Origin: Minisyncoccota bacterium
GTDB lineage: Bacteria > Patescibacteriota > Minisyncoccia > Phycocordibacterales > UBA2100
DNA: 64,000 bases
Direction: 5' to 3'
Assembly (NCBI GenBank): GCA_965267345.1
Contig: OZ253947.1
Location: forward strand, 138,814-202,813
In this document: in pieces, positions 17,211 through 26,600 of the stretch
How positions within the stretch are numbered: the stretch's first letter is position 1
Layout of the letters: each line of letters opens with the position of its first letter
Notes under the pieces: model-generated
Databases searched by the model: none
The model's input: the letters and a program-made list of their open reading frames with translations, nothing else
What the model was told of the DNA's origin: nothing
Made by a program: the position numbers and the translations under genes

Positions 17211-19129
17211 AAGTAAGCTACGAATGGCTCCAGAGTTTTTTTGCTGAAAGCTCACTGCCACCGGCAGCAGCTGTTGCGGAAAAGCTTGTCTTTCACGCGT
17301 ATGAAATCGAGGATGTCGCAGACGTGAACGGCACCGCAGTACTGGATGTTGACGTGTTGCCCAATCGCTCATCCGACTCGCTTTCGCACCGCGGCATTGC
17401 CCGAGAGGTGTCGGCGCTGTTTGAAATACCAATGGCACGTGACCCGCTCCGCACGACTCCGGAGCTGCAACCACAGACTGATGCAGTGACGGTGCAGCTC
17501 GATCCCGACGCCTCGTGTTCGTACTACGTGGCAGCACACATACAGGGCGTGACGATTGGCGAATCACCTGCATGGTTAAAAGAGCGACTTGCTGCAATTG
17601 GACAAAAACCAATCAACAACGTCGTTGATGCGACAAATTATGTACTGTTTGAACTCGGTCAACCAACGCACGTATTTGATGCGCGCAAACTTTCGGGCGC
17701 ACCGGCACACATCGCGACGCGTCGCGCTCGCGACGGTGAGCACATAACACTCCTCGGAGAAGCGCTGGTGCAGTTGGATACGTCGATGACGGTTATCGTT
17801 GACGGCACGAACGACACGCCGCTTGCAGTTGCCGGCGTGAAAGGAGGGACTGCCGCAGAGGTGACGGACGACACTGTCGATATCATCGTCGAGTCAGCAC
17901 TGTTTGATCCGGTCGCAACGCGCAAAACGGCACAGGCACTCAAACTGCGCACTGATGCATCGACTCGTTTCGAGAATCGTGTGCCGGCACCACTGCCGGC
18001 GTATGGGGCACAGGCGCTCGCGGCGCTCATTGTCGATAGTGCAGGCGGCACCTGCACCGGATTTACTCGCGCCGGCGGCGCAACACACACACCCGCAACA
18101 ATTACCGTGACGACAGCACACATTGCACGTTTGCTCGGTGCATCAATTGATGCAGACACCGTTGCGGGCATTCTTGATCGACTGCAGTGCACGTACACAC
18201 ACGAAGCGGGCAGCTTTACGGTGACGCCGCCATTTGAACGCACCGATCTTGTGATTCCCGAAGACATTATTGAAGAAATTGGCCGCGTATACGGCTATAG
18301 CACTATCGAAAGTGCGCAGCTCGCAGTGCCACCTGAGCGGCCGCCACACCTGCATAAAAAGTATGCCTACGCTGAGCGTATCCGTGCGGCACTTGATGCT
18401 GTTGGGTGCACTGAAGTGTACTTGTACTCACTGCGTGATAGCGGCGACGTGGAATTGCGTAATGCACTTGCAAGCGACAAAGATCATCTCCGTGCGTGCC
18501 TCGCTGACGGTATTACCGAGACACTTGATGCAAACGAGCCGCGCATGCCGCTCCTTGGTCTGTATGATGCGGTGCGCGTGTATGAAATCGGCACTGTATT
18601 TGCGCCTGAGACAGAGGCAACGCACGTTGCCGTCGGTGTGCGGGTCGCCGGTACTAAGAAGCGCGCCGAGCGCACCGCAGCGGCATTCGCACCGATACGC
18701 GACGCACTGCAGGGCGTGCTCGGTGCCGATGCAGTTCCTGAGCCAGACGGCGAGGTGATCGAGATCAACCTCGATGCGCTTCTCGACACACTCCCCGATG
18801 TTGACGCATACCCCGAAGGGGCGCGAATCGACGAGGCGGTCAGCTATTGTGCGCCATCGAGCTACCCGTTCGTACTACGCGACATCGCGGTGTGGGTGCC
18901 CGACGCAACGGCTACCGACGAACTCACCGCCCTCATTACTACGCACGGCGGCACGCTTTTACAGCGCATCGATTTGTTTGATGTGTTCAGTAAGGACGGA
19001 CGCACGTCGTATGCATTTCACCTTGTGTTCCAGTCGCGCGAGAAAACACTAACCGATGCAGCAGTCGGCACGATTATGGACGCACTTGAGTCCGATATCA
19101 GCCGTCGGGACGGCTGGGAGGTTCGCTAG
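17207..19129 (+). CDS. pheT: Phenylalanyl-tRNA synthetase beta subunit (lacks N-terminal tRNA-binding domain)
   Basis: MKVSYEWLQSFF.. is the B3/B4 core start. 640 aa. Translationally coupled to pheS. Confidence 0.9.
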   Translation: MKVSYEWLQSFFAESSLPPAAAVAEKLVFHAYEIEDVADVNGTAVLDVDVLPNRSSDSLSHRGIAREVSALFEIPMARDPLRTTPELQPQTDAVTVQLDPDASCSYYVAAHIQGVTIGESPAWLKERLAAIGQKPINNVVDATNYVLFELGQPTHVFDARKLSGAPAHIATRRARDGEHITLLGEALVQLDTSMTVIVDGTNDTPLAVAGVKGGTAAEVTDDTVDIIVESALFDPVATRKTAQALKLRTDASTRFENRVPAPLPAYGAQALAALIVDSAGGTCTGFTRAGGATHTPATITVTTAHIARLLGASIDADTVAGILDRLQCTYTHEAGSFTVTPPFERTDLVIPEDIIEEIGRVYGYSTIESAQLAVPPERPPHLHKKYAYAERIRAALDAVGCTEVYLYSLRDSGDVELRNALASDKDHLRACLADGITETLDANEPRMPLLGLYDAVRVYEIGTVFAPETEATHVAVGVRVAGTKKRAERTAAAFAPIRDALQGVLGADAVPEPDGEVIEINLDALLDTLPDVDAYPEGARIDEAVSYCAPSSYPFVLRDIAVWVPDATATDELTALITTHGGTLLQRIDLFDVFSKDGRTSYAFHLVFQSREKTLTDAAVGTIMDALESDISRRDGWEVR

Positions 19130-19162
19130 GCGCACGAAGCTATCCACCGTGATTCGGGCGCG

Positions 19163-19192
19163 CTTTTCAGCGCGTTTTTTGGTATACTAGGG
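19163..19192 (+). terminator. Terminator after pheT
   Basis: Stem gcgcgc/gcgcg with loop ttttca, followed by tttttt. Confidence 0.5.
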
Positions 19193-19232
19193 TGACGTTG
19201 AGGGCGCCTCACAGCGCTCTCTTTGTAAGAAT

Positions 19233-21278
19233 ATGGCAGCAAAAAAAGCAGTAAAAAAATCCTCATACGGCGCATCCGATATTACCGTCTTGGAAGGTCT
19301 TGAAGCCGTGCGTCGCCGTCCGGGCATGTACATCGGTACCACGGGCATTGACGGTCTCCACCACCTTATCTGGGAAGTGTTCGACAACTCACGTGACGAG
19401 GCGATGGGTGGACATGCAAATGATATTGAAGTGGCGCTCCTGCCGAACAATCGTGTACGCGTCGTTGATAACGGTCGCGGTATTCCCGTTGATAAACATA
19501 GCAAAACAAAAGTCTCTGCCTTGGAGACGATTATGACCACCCTGCACGCCGGCGGTAAATTTGGCGGCGAAGGCTACAAGTACTCGGGCGGATTGCACGG
19601 TGTTGGTATTTCAGTGGTGAACGCGCTCTCAAGCTGGGCGCGCGCTGAGGTGCACCGCGATGGCGGGAAGCACGTACAAGAGTACAAAAGCGGCGGCAAA
19701 CGAGTTGCAGCCGTCAAAAAGGAAGGGGCATCAGATCGTACGGGCACCATTATTACCTTTGAGGCAGACACCGAGATTTTCCCTGACGTGACATTTAACT
19801 GGAAGACGATTGTTGAGCACTTGCGTCAGCAGGCGTACTTGGTGCGCGGTATGCGCATTACCATTATTGACGCTCGTGACTACGCAGGCACCGTGAACGA
19901 CACGAGTGTCTTCTACCTGCGCGAACTCGGCCTCGACGTGCCGTCGATGACGTTCTATTTTGAGGGTGGTCTCTCGAGTCTGGTCGCATTTCAAAATCGC
20001 CACCAGAAAGAGCTGCATAAGAGCATTTTCTATGTTGAACGCGAACAGGACGATGTGCAGGTTGAGATTGCACTGCAGTACGTCGATGATATCTCAGCCC
20101 GCTTAAGTGCATTTGCAAACAATATCTACAACCTTGAAGGCGGCACACATATTACGGGGTTCAAGACTGCACTGACACGTACCCTGAATAACTACGTTAA
20201 GAAAGCGAACCTCAAAGGCGTTGAGGCGGGATTTACGGGTGACGACGTACTTGAAGGGCTCACGGCAGTGGTATCCGTAAAAATGCAGGAAATTCAGTTT
20301 GAAGGGCAAACGAAAGCAAAACTCGGTAGTGTTGAGGCGCGTGGCGCTGTTGACGCTGTGTTTGCTGCATCGTTTACCGATTTCCTCGAAGAAAATCCAA
20401 ATGATGCCAAGGCAATCATCGGCAAAGCGGTATTGGCAATGAAAGCGCGTAAAGCCGCAAAAGCCGCAAAAGATTCGGTGTTGCGCAAAGGGGCACTTGA
20501 AGGGCTCACGCTGCCGGGTAAACTGGCCGACTGTCAGGTCCGCAGTGCGGAAGAAGGAGAGCTGTTTATTGTCGAGGGTGATTCGGCAGGTGGTTCATCA
20601 AAGCAGGGACGCGATCGTCGCACGCAGGCTATTTTGCCGCTCCGCGGTAAGATTTTGAACGTTGAGCGTGCGCGCCTCGACAAAATGCTCGCGAACAACG
20701 AGATTAAAGCACTGGTGGTCGCACTCGGTACTGCCATTGGTGATACATTCGATGTTTCGAAACTCCGCTACCACAAGATCATTATTGCCACTGACGCCGA
20801 TGTTGACGGTGCACACATCCGTACATTGTTGTTGACGCTGTTTTATCGCTACTTCAAGCCAATCGTGGAGGGCGGATACCTCTACATTGCACAGCCGCCG
20901 CTGTATAAAATCAAGAAAGGGCGCGATGTGCAGTACGCATACACTGAGGAGGAAAAGGTGGTACTGGCCGGTGAGATTCCCGAAGACGCTGAAGAAGCGA
21001 CGGATGATGACGAGGGCGATGAGGCTGCCGAAGAAACCACCAAAGTTGATGCGAAGGGGAATAAGATCAGCGTACAGCGATACAAAGGTCTTGGTGAGAT
21101 GAACCCTGATGAACTCTGGGAGACCACTATGGATCCCGAGCGCCGCCTGCTCAAGCAGGTAACCATTGAAGACGCCCGCGAAGCAGACAAGGTCTTTGAT
21201 ACGCTGATGGGGACGGATGTTGCTTCGCGCAAGTCATTCATTCAGTCGCACGCCAAAGAAGCAACGCTGGACATTTAA
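19233..21278 (+). CDS. gyrB: DNA gyrase subunit B (type IIA topoisomerase ATPase/TOPRIM subunit)
   Basis: GLHHLIWEVFDNSRDEAM, GGKFGG and EGDSAGGS (TOPRIM). 681 aa. gyrB versus parE cannot be resolved from sequence alone. Confidence 0.88.
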   Translation: MAAKKAVKKSSYGASDITVLEGLEAVRRRPGMYIGTTGIDGLHHLIWEVFDNSRDEAMGGHANDIEVALLPNNRVRVVDNGRGIPVDKHSKTKVSALETIMTTLHAGGKFGGEGYKYSGGLHGVGISVVNALSSWARAEVHRDGGKHVQEYKSGGKRVAAVKKEGASDRTGTIITFEADTEIFPDVTFNWKTIVEHLRQQAYLVRGMRITIIDARDYAGTVNDTSVFYLRELGLDVPSMTFYFEGGLSSLVAFQNRHQKELHKSIFYVEREQDDVQVEIALQYVDDISARLSAFANNIYNLEGGTHITGFKTALTRTLNNYVKKANLKGVEAGFTGDDVLEGLTAVVSVKMQEIQFEGQTKAKLGSVEARGAVDAVFAASFTDFLEENPNDAKAIIGKAVLAMKARKAAKAAKDSVLRKGALEGLTLPGKLADCQVRSAEEGELFIVEGDSAGGSSKQGRDRRTQAILPLRGKILNVERARLDKMLANNEIKALVVALGTAIGDTFDVSKLRYHKIIIATDADVDGAHIRTLLLTLFYRYFKPIVEGGYLYIAQPPLYKIKKGRDVQYAYTEEEKVVLAGEIPEDAEEATDDDEGDEAAEETTKVDAKGNKISVQRYKGLGEMNPDELWETTMDPERRLLKQVTIEDAREADKVFDTLMGTDVASRKSFIQSHAKEATLDI

Positions 21279-21282
21279 CGTA

Positions 21283-21330
21283 CACCCATACGAAAAAACG
21301 CCGCAATTGCGGCGTTTTTTCGTATGGGTG
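21283..21330. terminator. Bidirectional terminator: 22 bp perfect inverted repeat between the convergent gyrB and CARDB-protein genes
   Basis: Arms cacccatacgaaaaaacgccgc and gcggcgttttttcgtatgggtg around loop aatt. A-runs and T-runs are built into both arms. Confidence 0.7.
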
Positions 21331-21337
21331 TCGGTAA

Positions 21338-22393
21338 TTAGTAGGCGTGCCCGCCAACGGTAAACGCGCCGGTTACCGTGTTGTTGTATTCACTTTGCTC
21401 GCGAATGAAGTTGCGTGGATCGGCGACAACCGAGAAGTACTGTGTACCAGCACGAATTTGATCAAAGGCGATACGGATTTCAACACGAGCACCGGGGAGT
21501 AGCGACGTCTGTGCTTCTGAGAAGAGTGGGTAGCCCCCTTGAATCGGGAGTTGCGCGTTGAAGTACCATGGGCCGGTTGCCTTCGTCCCGCGGTTGGTTA
21601 CTGCAAAGACAAACGCACCGCGCTGATTTGGCTGGACGGTTGTTGCGGGACGGTAGATACCGTAGCCGTCGACAAACCCAACAGAAACGAGTGATACTGC
21701 CAAGTCGGGCGTGCCGTTTGGATCAGAGTAACCCGTGTACTGCGCAGTGTACGATTGCTGTGTGCTATTCGTGGTGTTTTGTGTCGCGTTCTGGCGTGAT
21801 GGAGTGATCGTGAGACCGTCAGGTGTGCTGGTGGTACCTGTGGTGGCATCGTCAGTGCTGCTGTCCGTAGTGGTGGTCGGTGCGGTGTTATCGGTGGCAA
21901 CGCTACCGGCTGCTGCTGCCTGTACGGTAATGGTGTGGGTGTCACGAATGCTCTCACCTGCGTCGTCGGTGAGTGTAATGGCAAACGGCACCGTAAGCGT
22001 TTCGCTGCCGGCGTCAACGAGCACTGGGGTGACCTGCAACTCAGTCGCATCTTCGGCAAGTGTATGCGCGAGATTACACGGCACCGGCTCGCCGGCAATT
22101 TCAAAGTAGAAGCCGTCCTGACATGCGTATGAAAATGACAACACACCTTCTGAGGTAGTGCGCTCCCACGTCACCGCAAGCGGTTCACCTGAGGTGGCAG
22201 TATCCGCTGCAGTAGCCACAACAATCGTTTCTGCCGCTGCGTTACCGCCTTGCGGCGTATCGGCATCACTAAAGAGTCGTGGAATGTATGAAATGACCTG
22301 AATGGCGCTCCAGACACCGATAATGAGGAGGATAATAAAACCGCCGATGGCGATAATGTTTTTAAACGATACGTCAGTTTTTCCGTTTGTCAT
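21338..22393 (-). CDS. Membrane-anchored surface protein with Thr/Ser-rich linker and C-terminal CARDB-like domain
   Basis: N-terminal TM helix, about 60 aa T/S/D-rich low-complexity linker, and C-terminal DLAVSLVS..FVFAVTNRGTKATGPWYFNA..PGARVEIRIAFD (CARDB-like beta-sandwich). ATG at 22393 preferred over TTG at 22405. Confidence 0.5.
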   Translation of the reverse strand: MTNGKTDVSFKNIIAIGGFIILLIIGVWSAIQVISYIPRLFSDADTPQGGNAAAETIVVATAADTATSGEPLAVTWERTTSEGVLSFSYACQDGFYFEIAGEPVPCNLAHTLAEDATELQVTPVLVDAGSETLTVPFAITLTDDAGESIRDTHTITVQAAAAGSVATDNTAPTTTTDSSTDDATTGTTSTPDGLTITPSRQNATQNTTNSTQQSYTAQYTGYSDPNGTPDLAVSLVSVGFVDGYGIYRPATTVQPNQRGAFVFAVTNRGTKATGPWYFNAQLPIQGGYPLFSEAQTSLLPGARVEIRIAFDQIRAGTQYFSVVADPRNFIREQSEYNNTVTGAFTVGGHAY

Positions 22394-22500
22394 ATGGGGT
22401 AACAAAGTAAGTAAAGTCGATCAATGTGCCACTAGTATGGCACAGTACCGTGGGCGACACACCACCGGTACGCTCCGTAAACGGTACCATAGCATACAGC

Positions 22501-22529
22501 TTGACACATTGCAATATAGTACGTATAGT
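22501..22529 (+). promoter_or_regulatory. Consensus sigma70-type promoter upstream of the sortase gene
   Basis: TTGACA, a 17 nt spacer, then TATAGT. The -10 ends about 9 nt before ATG 22539, so a leaderless or near-leaderless transcript is likely. Confidence 0.6.
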
Positions 22530-22538
22530 ATTAATTCT

Positions 22539-23237
22539 ATGACGCAACAGAAGCGTATTTCAATTGCGCACATTGCTGAATCAGTATTCCAGACCGAAGT
22601 GCTTGTCGGGCTCTTTCTTGCGTGGTTCATCCTCGTGGGGACTGGGGCAAGTATTGCCATTGTCATGACCAAGTACACCGAGCATGTGTACGCTGAGCAA
22701 CTTGCACAGCTGCCTGAAGACGAGCAACTCCCTGAGGCAACAAATGTTGCTGAAAGTGCGCAGCGGGACACCGGCGCAGCTGAGAGTGCTGTACCCATGG
22801 CATTTCCAGAACGCCTCGTTATCGACACACTCGACATCAGCTTGCCGGTGAGCAACCCGACAACACGCGACATTGCGGCGCTCGACGAAGAGCTCAAAAA
22901 GGCTGCCGTGCGTTATCCTGACTCGGGTATTCTTGGCGAAGACAATGCAAATACCCTTATTTTCGGCCATAGTAGCCGTCTACCATTGGTGCGCAACCAG
23001 CTCTACAAAGCTTTTAACGATATTGAAACCCTAAATGTGGGTGTACGTATTGAGGTTGTTGCAACAAATGGCTCTGTATACGTCTACCACGTATCTCGTG
23101 TGTACCGCGCCAGCGCTGAAGATGACAGCATTGCCATCACTACAGACGGCCACATGCTCACATTGCTCACGTGTGACTCATTTGGACAGCGCACAGATCG
23201 TTGGGTTGTCGAAGCTCGGTTTGTCGGCATTGAATAG
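22539..23237 (+). CDS. Sortase-family transpeptidase
   Basis: N-terminal TM anchor, TLIFGHSS (catalytic His) and LTLLTCD (TLxTC catalytic Cys motif), followed by a conserved Arg region. Confidence 0.7.
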   Translation: MTQQKRISIAHIAESVFQTEVLVGLFLAWFILVGTGASIAIVMTKYTEHVYAEQLAQLPEDEQLPEATNVAESAQRDTGAAESAVPMAFPERLVIDTLDISLPVSNPTTRDIAALDEELKKAAVRYPDSGILGEDNANTLIFGHSSRLPLVRNQLYKAFNDIETLNVGVRIEVVATNGSVYVYHVSRVYRASAEDDSIAITTDGHMLTLLTCDSFGQRTDRWVVEARFVGIE

Positions 23238-23302
23238 GGAATTGACCGCGGAACCACGCCGTGCTTTGCTACAGCTGGACAGTTCTGCTGGAGGAGCAAA
23301 TT

Positions 23303-23476
23303 ATGCGGACACTTGTCGTCGTGTGTGCGGCTCTGGCCCTCGCCGGTTGCACACTATCTGGATTCGGTGGAAGTTCACTGCGAACGGAGGCAGTGCAAAA
23401 GGTATTTCCGTCGGCGCATGAGTGCATGCACCGTGGGGAACCACATCTGTGCGTCAGTGACAATCAGCGAATTTAG
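23303..23476 (+). CDS. Small putative lipoprotein with CxH..HxC motif
   Basis: MRTLVVVCAALALAGC lipobox. Mature peptide about 40 aa with HECMHRGEPHLC. Strong SD (GGAGGAG) 8 nt upstream. Terminator hairpin follows. Confidence 0.45.
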   Translation: MRTLVVVCAALALAGCTLSGFGGSSLRTEAVQKVFPSAHECMHRGEPHLCVSDNQRI

Positions 23477-23595
23477 CGAAAAACGGCTCAACACAGCAAA
23501 AACAGGGCGCTTCGGCGCCCTGTTATGCTATTGACATATTGTATAAAAATGGTATTCTTCCGTCCAGATCAACGTGAACGAAAGGAGGAAATCCA

Positions 23596-23850
23596 ATGTT
23601 CACAGTGGTTCGTACGGCCTGCGTACTTGGTGCGCTTGTGGTCGCGGGTTGCGCGGCGCAGGGACGCCATGTGAGTGGGTCGCCAGTGCCGCCGTCGCCG
23701 AGCGACCTCTTACGGCATTGCGGGGACGTGGAGGTTGTCGTTGACAACCGAGTACCACGACGTCCGCGTGGTCCGTGGTTGCGTCTCGTGCAGGGAACAC
23801 GAGTGTATCCTGACTTCTGCCGCGTGGAAAAGAGCTACGTGTGGCGATGA
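23596..23850 (+). CDS. Small putative lipoprotein, Pro/Arg-rich with 2 mature Cys
   Basis: LGALVVAGC lipobox. AAAGGAGG SD 7 nt upstream. Own terminator. Confidence 0.5.
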   Translation: MFTVVRTACVLGALVVAGCAAQGRHVSGSPVPPSPSDLLRHCGDVEVVVDNRVPRRPRGPWLRLVQGTRVYPDFCRVEKSYVWR

Positions 23851-24144
23851 GGAAAGCACACAAGCAAGACAAAAAGCGGGGCGCCCACACGGTGCCCCGC
23901 TTAGTTTTTGGTACAGGATAGTACTTGACACAATAAGTTATATATGCCACTATATCGCCACGACGCGTTCTCTCTTTGATGCCAAACATACGCTGTTTTT
24001 ACGGCGTATGTTTGGCTTCGTAGAGGCCGCAGAAGCTCATTGTGTTCATTGAAACGCTCCTCATTGTGGGGAGCTGGTGGTCGGCGCCATGGCACACATC
24101 ACCAGCTCCCCGTGATGGAGGGAGTACAAAAGGGAGATTCAAAG

Positions 24145-24522
24145 ATGTCTGAAAAGACCAAAGGTGTTTTCTGGGGTTTCATCGTATGTGCAGCACTCGT
24201 TTTCGTGCTGGGGGGCTTCTGGTTTTCCTTCACGAACGACAAGGGTGTGCGCGATGGGGTGCGCCAGGAGGTATCGCTTGAAGGCGATCGGCATTCGGCA
24301 CCCACTTCCTCAGATCAGAACTCTGTTCGTTCGGAATCGGACGATCCGGTATCCAACGCGGATGTTCTTGCGGCATGGGAGAGGGCGATCAACGATACGC
24401 CTCCTCCCGCAGGAGCTGATGGCTGGAAACGGATCAAGCCGAGGGCAACGGGCGAGAAGGGCTGCACGCCTGGGGAAACGCGGGTCAACCCGAATACCGG
24501 CAGACTTCAGGGCTGCTTGTAG
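24145..24522 (+). CDS. Small membrane-anchored secreted protein with C-terminal Cys-x18-Cys loop
   Basis: N-terminal signal anchor (GVFWGFIVCAALVFVLGGFWF). GCTPGETRVNPNTGRLQGCL at the C-terminus. GGGAG SD. Strong terminator (13 bp stem plus T9) at about 24527-24583. Confidence 0.45.
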   Translation: MSEKTKGVFWGFIVCAALVFVLGGFWFSFTNDKGVRDGVRQEVSLEGDRHSAPTSSDQNSVRSESDDPVSNADVLAAWERAINDTPPPAGADGWKRIKPRATGEKGCTPGETRVNPNTGRLQGCL

Positions 24523-24526
24523 ACAT

Positions 24527-24583
24527 CGTAGCGGAATGTGTTTGATACACATTCCGCTACCCCCCTTTTTTTAAAATTTGAGC
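24527..24583 (+). terminator. Strong rho-independent terminator after the small Cys-loop protein gene
   Basis: 13 bp stem (tagcggaatgtgt/acacattccgcta), followed by ccccccttttttttt. Confidence 0.7.
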
Positions 24584-24678
24584 TTAAAGAGATTGTGGAG
24601 AGCTCCAGCAGCGTAATCTTTGTTATTTTGTTGCAGGTCTTCACAAGAGACCTCATGTCAACAACGAAAGGAGGTGAC

Positions 24679-25191
24679 ATGAAGACGTTCTTTGTAGTAG
24701 CAGTCTTGGCGGTTGCATGTACGTTGTTTTTCTACGATGACGCACATGCAGGATATCGCTGCGACGGCGGCACCCGCTGCCTCGAACATCTGAAGGATGA
24801 TGGTCCCCGCGCCTACAGCGGGCCGCTTACGTGCATTGATTTCCGGCAACGGGGCACGGAGCGTGAGGTCTACCTTCGGTTTTTCGATCGCGACGGGCGT
24901 GTGTTGTTCGCCAGCGGTGACCCGCAAGGTGCAACCACGAATCTGGTGAGGGGAACGAGCTTGGAAGGAGTTGGTTTCGAAACCTACTCTGAGGGGCGCA
25001 TCGTGTGGGATCCGAAGAAACGGAAATACCCGCGCATTTGTACCGGACCGTGGCGTTGGAAAATGGCCTATTCCTTTGAACTCTGCAACGATGTGCAGAC
25101 GTACAAAGGTCGCCGCCTTCCTGGCAGGAGCCTATATCAACGTCTGGTGTCCGGTGACTTCCCGCAGCCAGTACTTCTGTGGAAGCACTGA
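24679..25191 (+). CDS. Secreted cysteine-rich protein (6 Cys in mature chain)
   Basis: Signal peptide MKTFFVVAVLAVA..AHA. Cys in YRCDGGTRC, LTCIDF, RICTGP and ELCNDV. AAAGGAGG SD 7 nt upstream. Terminator hairpin downstream. Confidence 0.5.
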   Translation: MKTFFVVAVLAVACTLFFYDDAHAGYRCDGGTRCLEHLKDDGPRAYSGPLTCIDFRQRGTEREVYLRFFDRDGRVLFASGDPQGATTNLVRGTSLEGVGFETYSEGRIVWDPKKRKYPRICTGPWRWKMAYSFELCNDVQTYKGRRLPGRSLYQRLVSGDFPQPVLLWKH

Positions 25192-25249
25192 AGAATCGTC
25201 AAGGCCCAAGTTCCCGACAGAGCATTCTTCAAAACGAATAGCTCTGTCG

Positions 25250-25279
25250 GGCACTTGACTACTTTTAATATATATTGTA
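25250..25279 (+). promoter_or_regulatory. Sigma70-type promoter upstream of the tandem-repeat surface protein
   Basis: TTGACT, a 17 nt spacer, then TATATT. Confidence 0.5.
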
Positions 25280-25349
25280 TATTCTCATTGAGTCATTTAC
25301 TCTTGCTGCGGCAGTGGTAGGTGAACAAAAGCAACATAATGTAATTATC

Positions 25350-26600
25350 ATGGAAAACGTGATTTCAAAAATAACTTTCATATCATTGGCCGTACTATTC
25401 GGTGTGGTGTTTGGGCTTGGAAGTCAATTGGTTTCTCCGCATCTCGCGCAGGCGTATAATACCGGCGAATGGTACGACATCGCGGAACCTGCATACGGCT
25501 ACGATGATGGCTGGGGGTATACTAACGAAGGATGCTGCGATACTAACGAATGGTACGACATCGCGGAACCAACTTTCGACACAAGCGAATGGTACGACAT
25601 CGCGGAGCCCGCATACGAATATAATACCGGCGAATGGTACGACATCGCGGAACCAACTTTCGACACAAGCGAATGGTACGATATCGCAGAGCCAATACAC
25701 GATGTGTATTCATACGACTATGGCTACGATGTATACGACTACGACGTATATGACACCTACTCATACGACTACTACACCGCACCGTCACGTCACTACGTGT
25801 CACCGACGGTACATTACGGTGTGACATCAAGTTACGCAGCAGCGCCACGATACGAGGCGCGCAGCAACACACAGATCAGTAACACCAACACAACGGTAGA
25901 CAACAGCGTGGTGCAGATCGATAACAGTGTTGTCGACAACAGTGTCGTTGATAACAGCATCAACAACTCATTTAACTCAGGTGGCTACATCGGTGTTGCA
26001 AATCCGCAGCCGATCGTTGTACAGCCGTACTACTACCCAACGTACTACCCTGAGACACTGACGTGTTCACTGACACTGACGCAGAACAGCTACGGAAACG
26101 CCGTGCTGCACTGGACGACACAGGGCGCAACCCGCGCAACCATCAACAATGGTGTTGGTAGTGTGTCTGTCGGTTCAGGTTCACGTGCTGTCGGGCCGGC
26201 ATACACGCCATACACCATGACAGTGTGGGGTACACGCGGTAACACCACGACGTGTGCCGCATCAGCAAACTACACGCCGCACCGACCAAACGTCACGGTT
26301 GATATTGCACACGTGCCATACACTGGTGTTGATCCACTTCCATACACACTCGGGCTTATTGCCACCGCTCTTGCCGCCGGTGCTGCACTCTTTGTCTTCC
26401 GCCGTCGTCTTACCCCTGTCTTTGGTGCATTTGCTCCCGCATTTGCCGGATTTACGCAGCATCAGGACGAAGTGGCTGCTGACACGTATCAGTTTGACGG
26501 TGACGAGGACGACGCAGATAGCGACGATCGCGAGGCAGTTGATACGCTTGTTGTTGAAAAGGGTGAGGGAGGACCACAATTCTCGTTCATTCGTCGCTAA
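25350..26600 (+). CDS. Tandem-repeat surface protein (EWYDIAEP repeats, Tyr/Asp-rich) with sorting-signal-like C-terminal region
   Basis: Signal peptide, then 5 or more EWYDIAEP(A/T)(Y/F) repeats, YDY low complexity and DNSVV repeats. C-terminus has VPYTG..PLPYTLG, a hydrophobic helix, RRR, and a 60 aa acidic tail. Confidence 0.55.
   Translation: MENVISKITFISLAVLFGVVFGLGSQLVSPHLAQAYNTGEWYDIAEPAYGYDDGWGYTNEGCCDTNEWYDIAEPTFDTSEWYDIAEPAYEYNTGEWYDIAEPTFDTSEWYDIAEPIHDVYSYDYGYDVYDYDVYDTYSYDYYTAPSRHYVSPTVHYGVTSSYAAAPRYEARSNTQISNTNTTVDNSVVQIDNSVVDNSVVDNSINNSFNSGGYIGVANPQPIVVQPYYYPTYYPETLTCSLTLTQNSYGNAVLHWTTQGATRATINNGVGSVSVGSGSRAVGPAYTPYTMTVWGTRGNTTTCAASANYTPHRPNVTVDIAHVPYTGVDPLPYTLGLIATALAAGAALFVFRRRLTPVFGAFAPAFAGFTQHQDEVAADTYQFDGDEDDADSDDREAVDTLVVEKGEGGPQFSFIRR
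25455..25700 (+). repeat. Imperfect tandem DNA repeats (units about 39-45 bp nested in an 83 bp higher-order unit) encoding EWYDIAEP repeats
   Basis: gaatggtacgacatcgcggaacc recurs at about 25467, 25548, 25587, 25632 and 25671. tataataccggcgaatggtacgacatcgcggaacc is duplicated at about 25454 and 25618. Confidence 0.85.

Noticed and set aside
25395-25872. Alternative-frame and antisense ORFs (25395..25700 -, 25402..25824 +, 25543..25872 -) with internal repeats.
   Set aside because: They lie within the tandem-repeat region of the surface-protein gene. Their repeats simply mirror the DNA repeats, and the +0 frame is the only one with a signal peptide and a full-length open frame.
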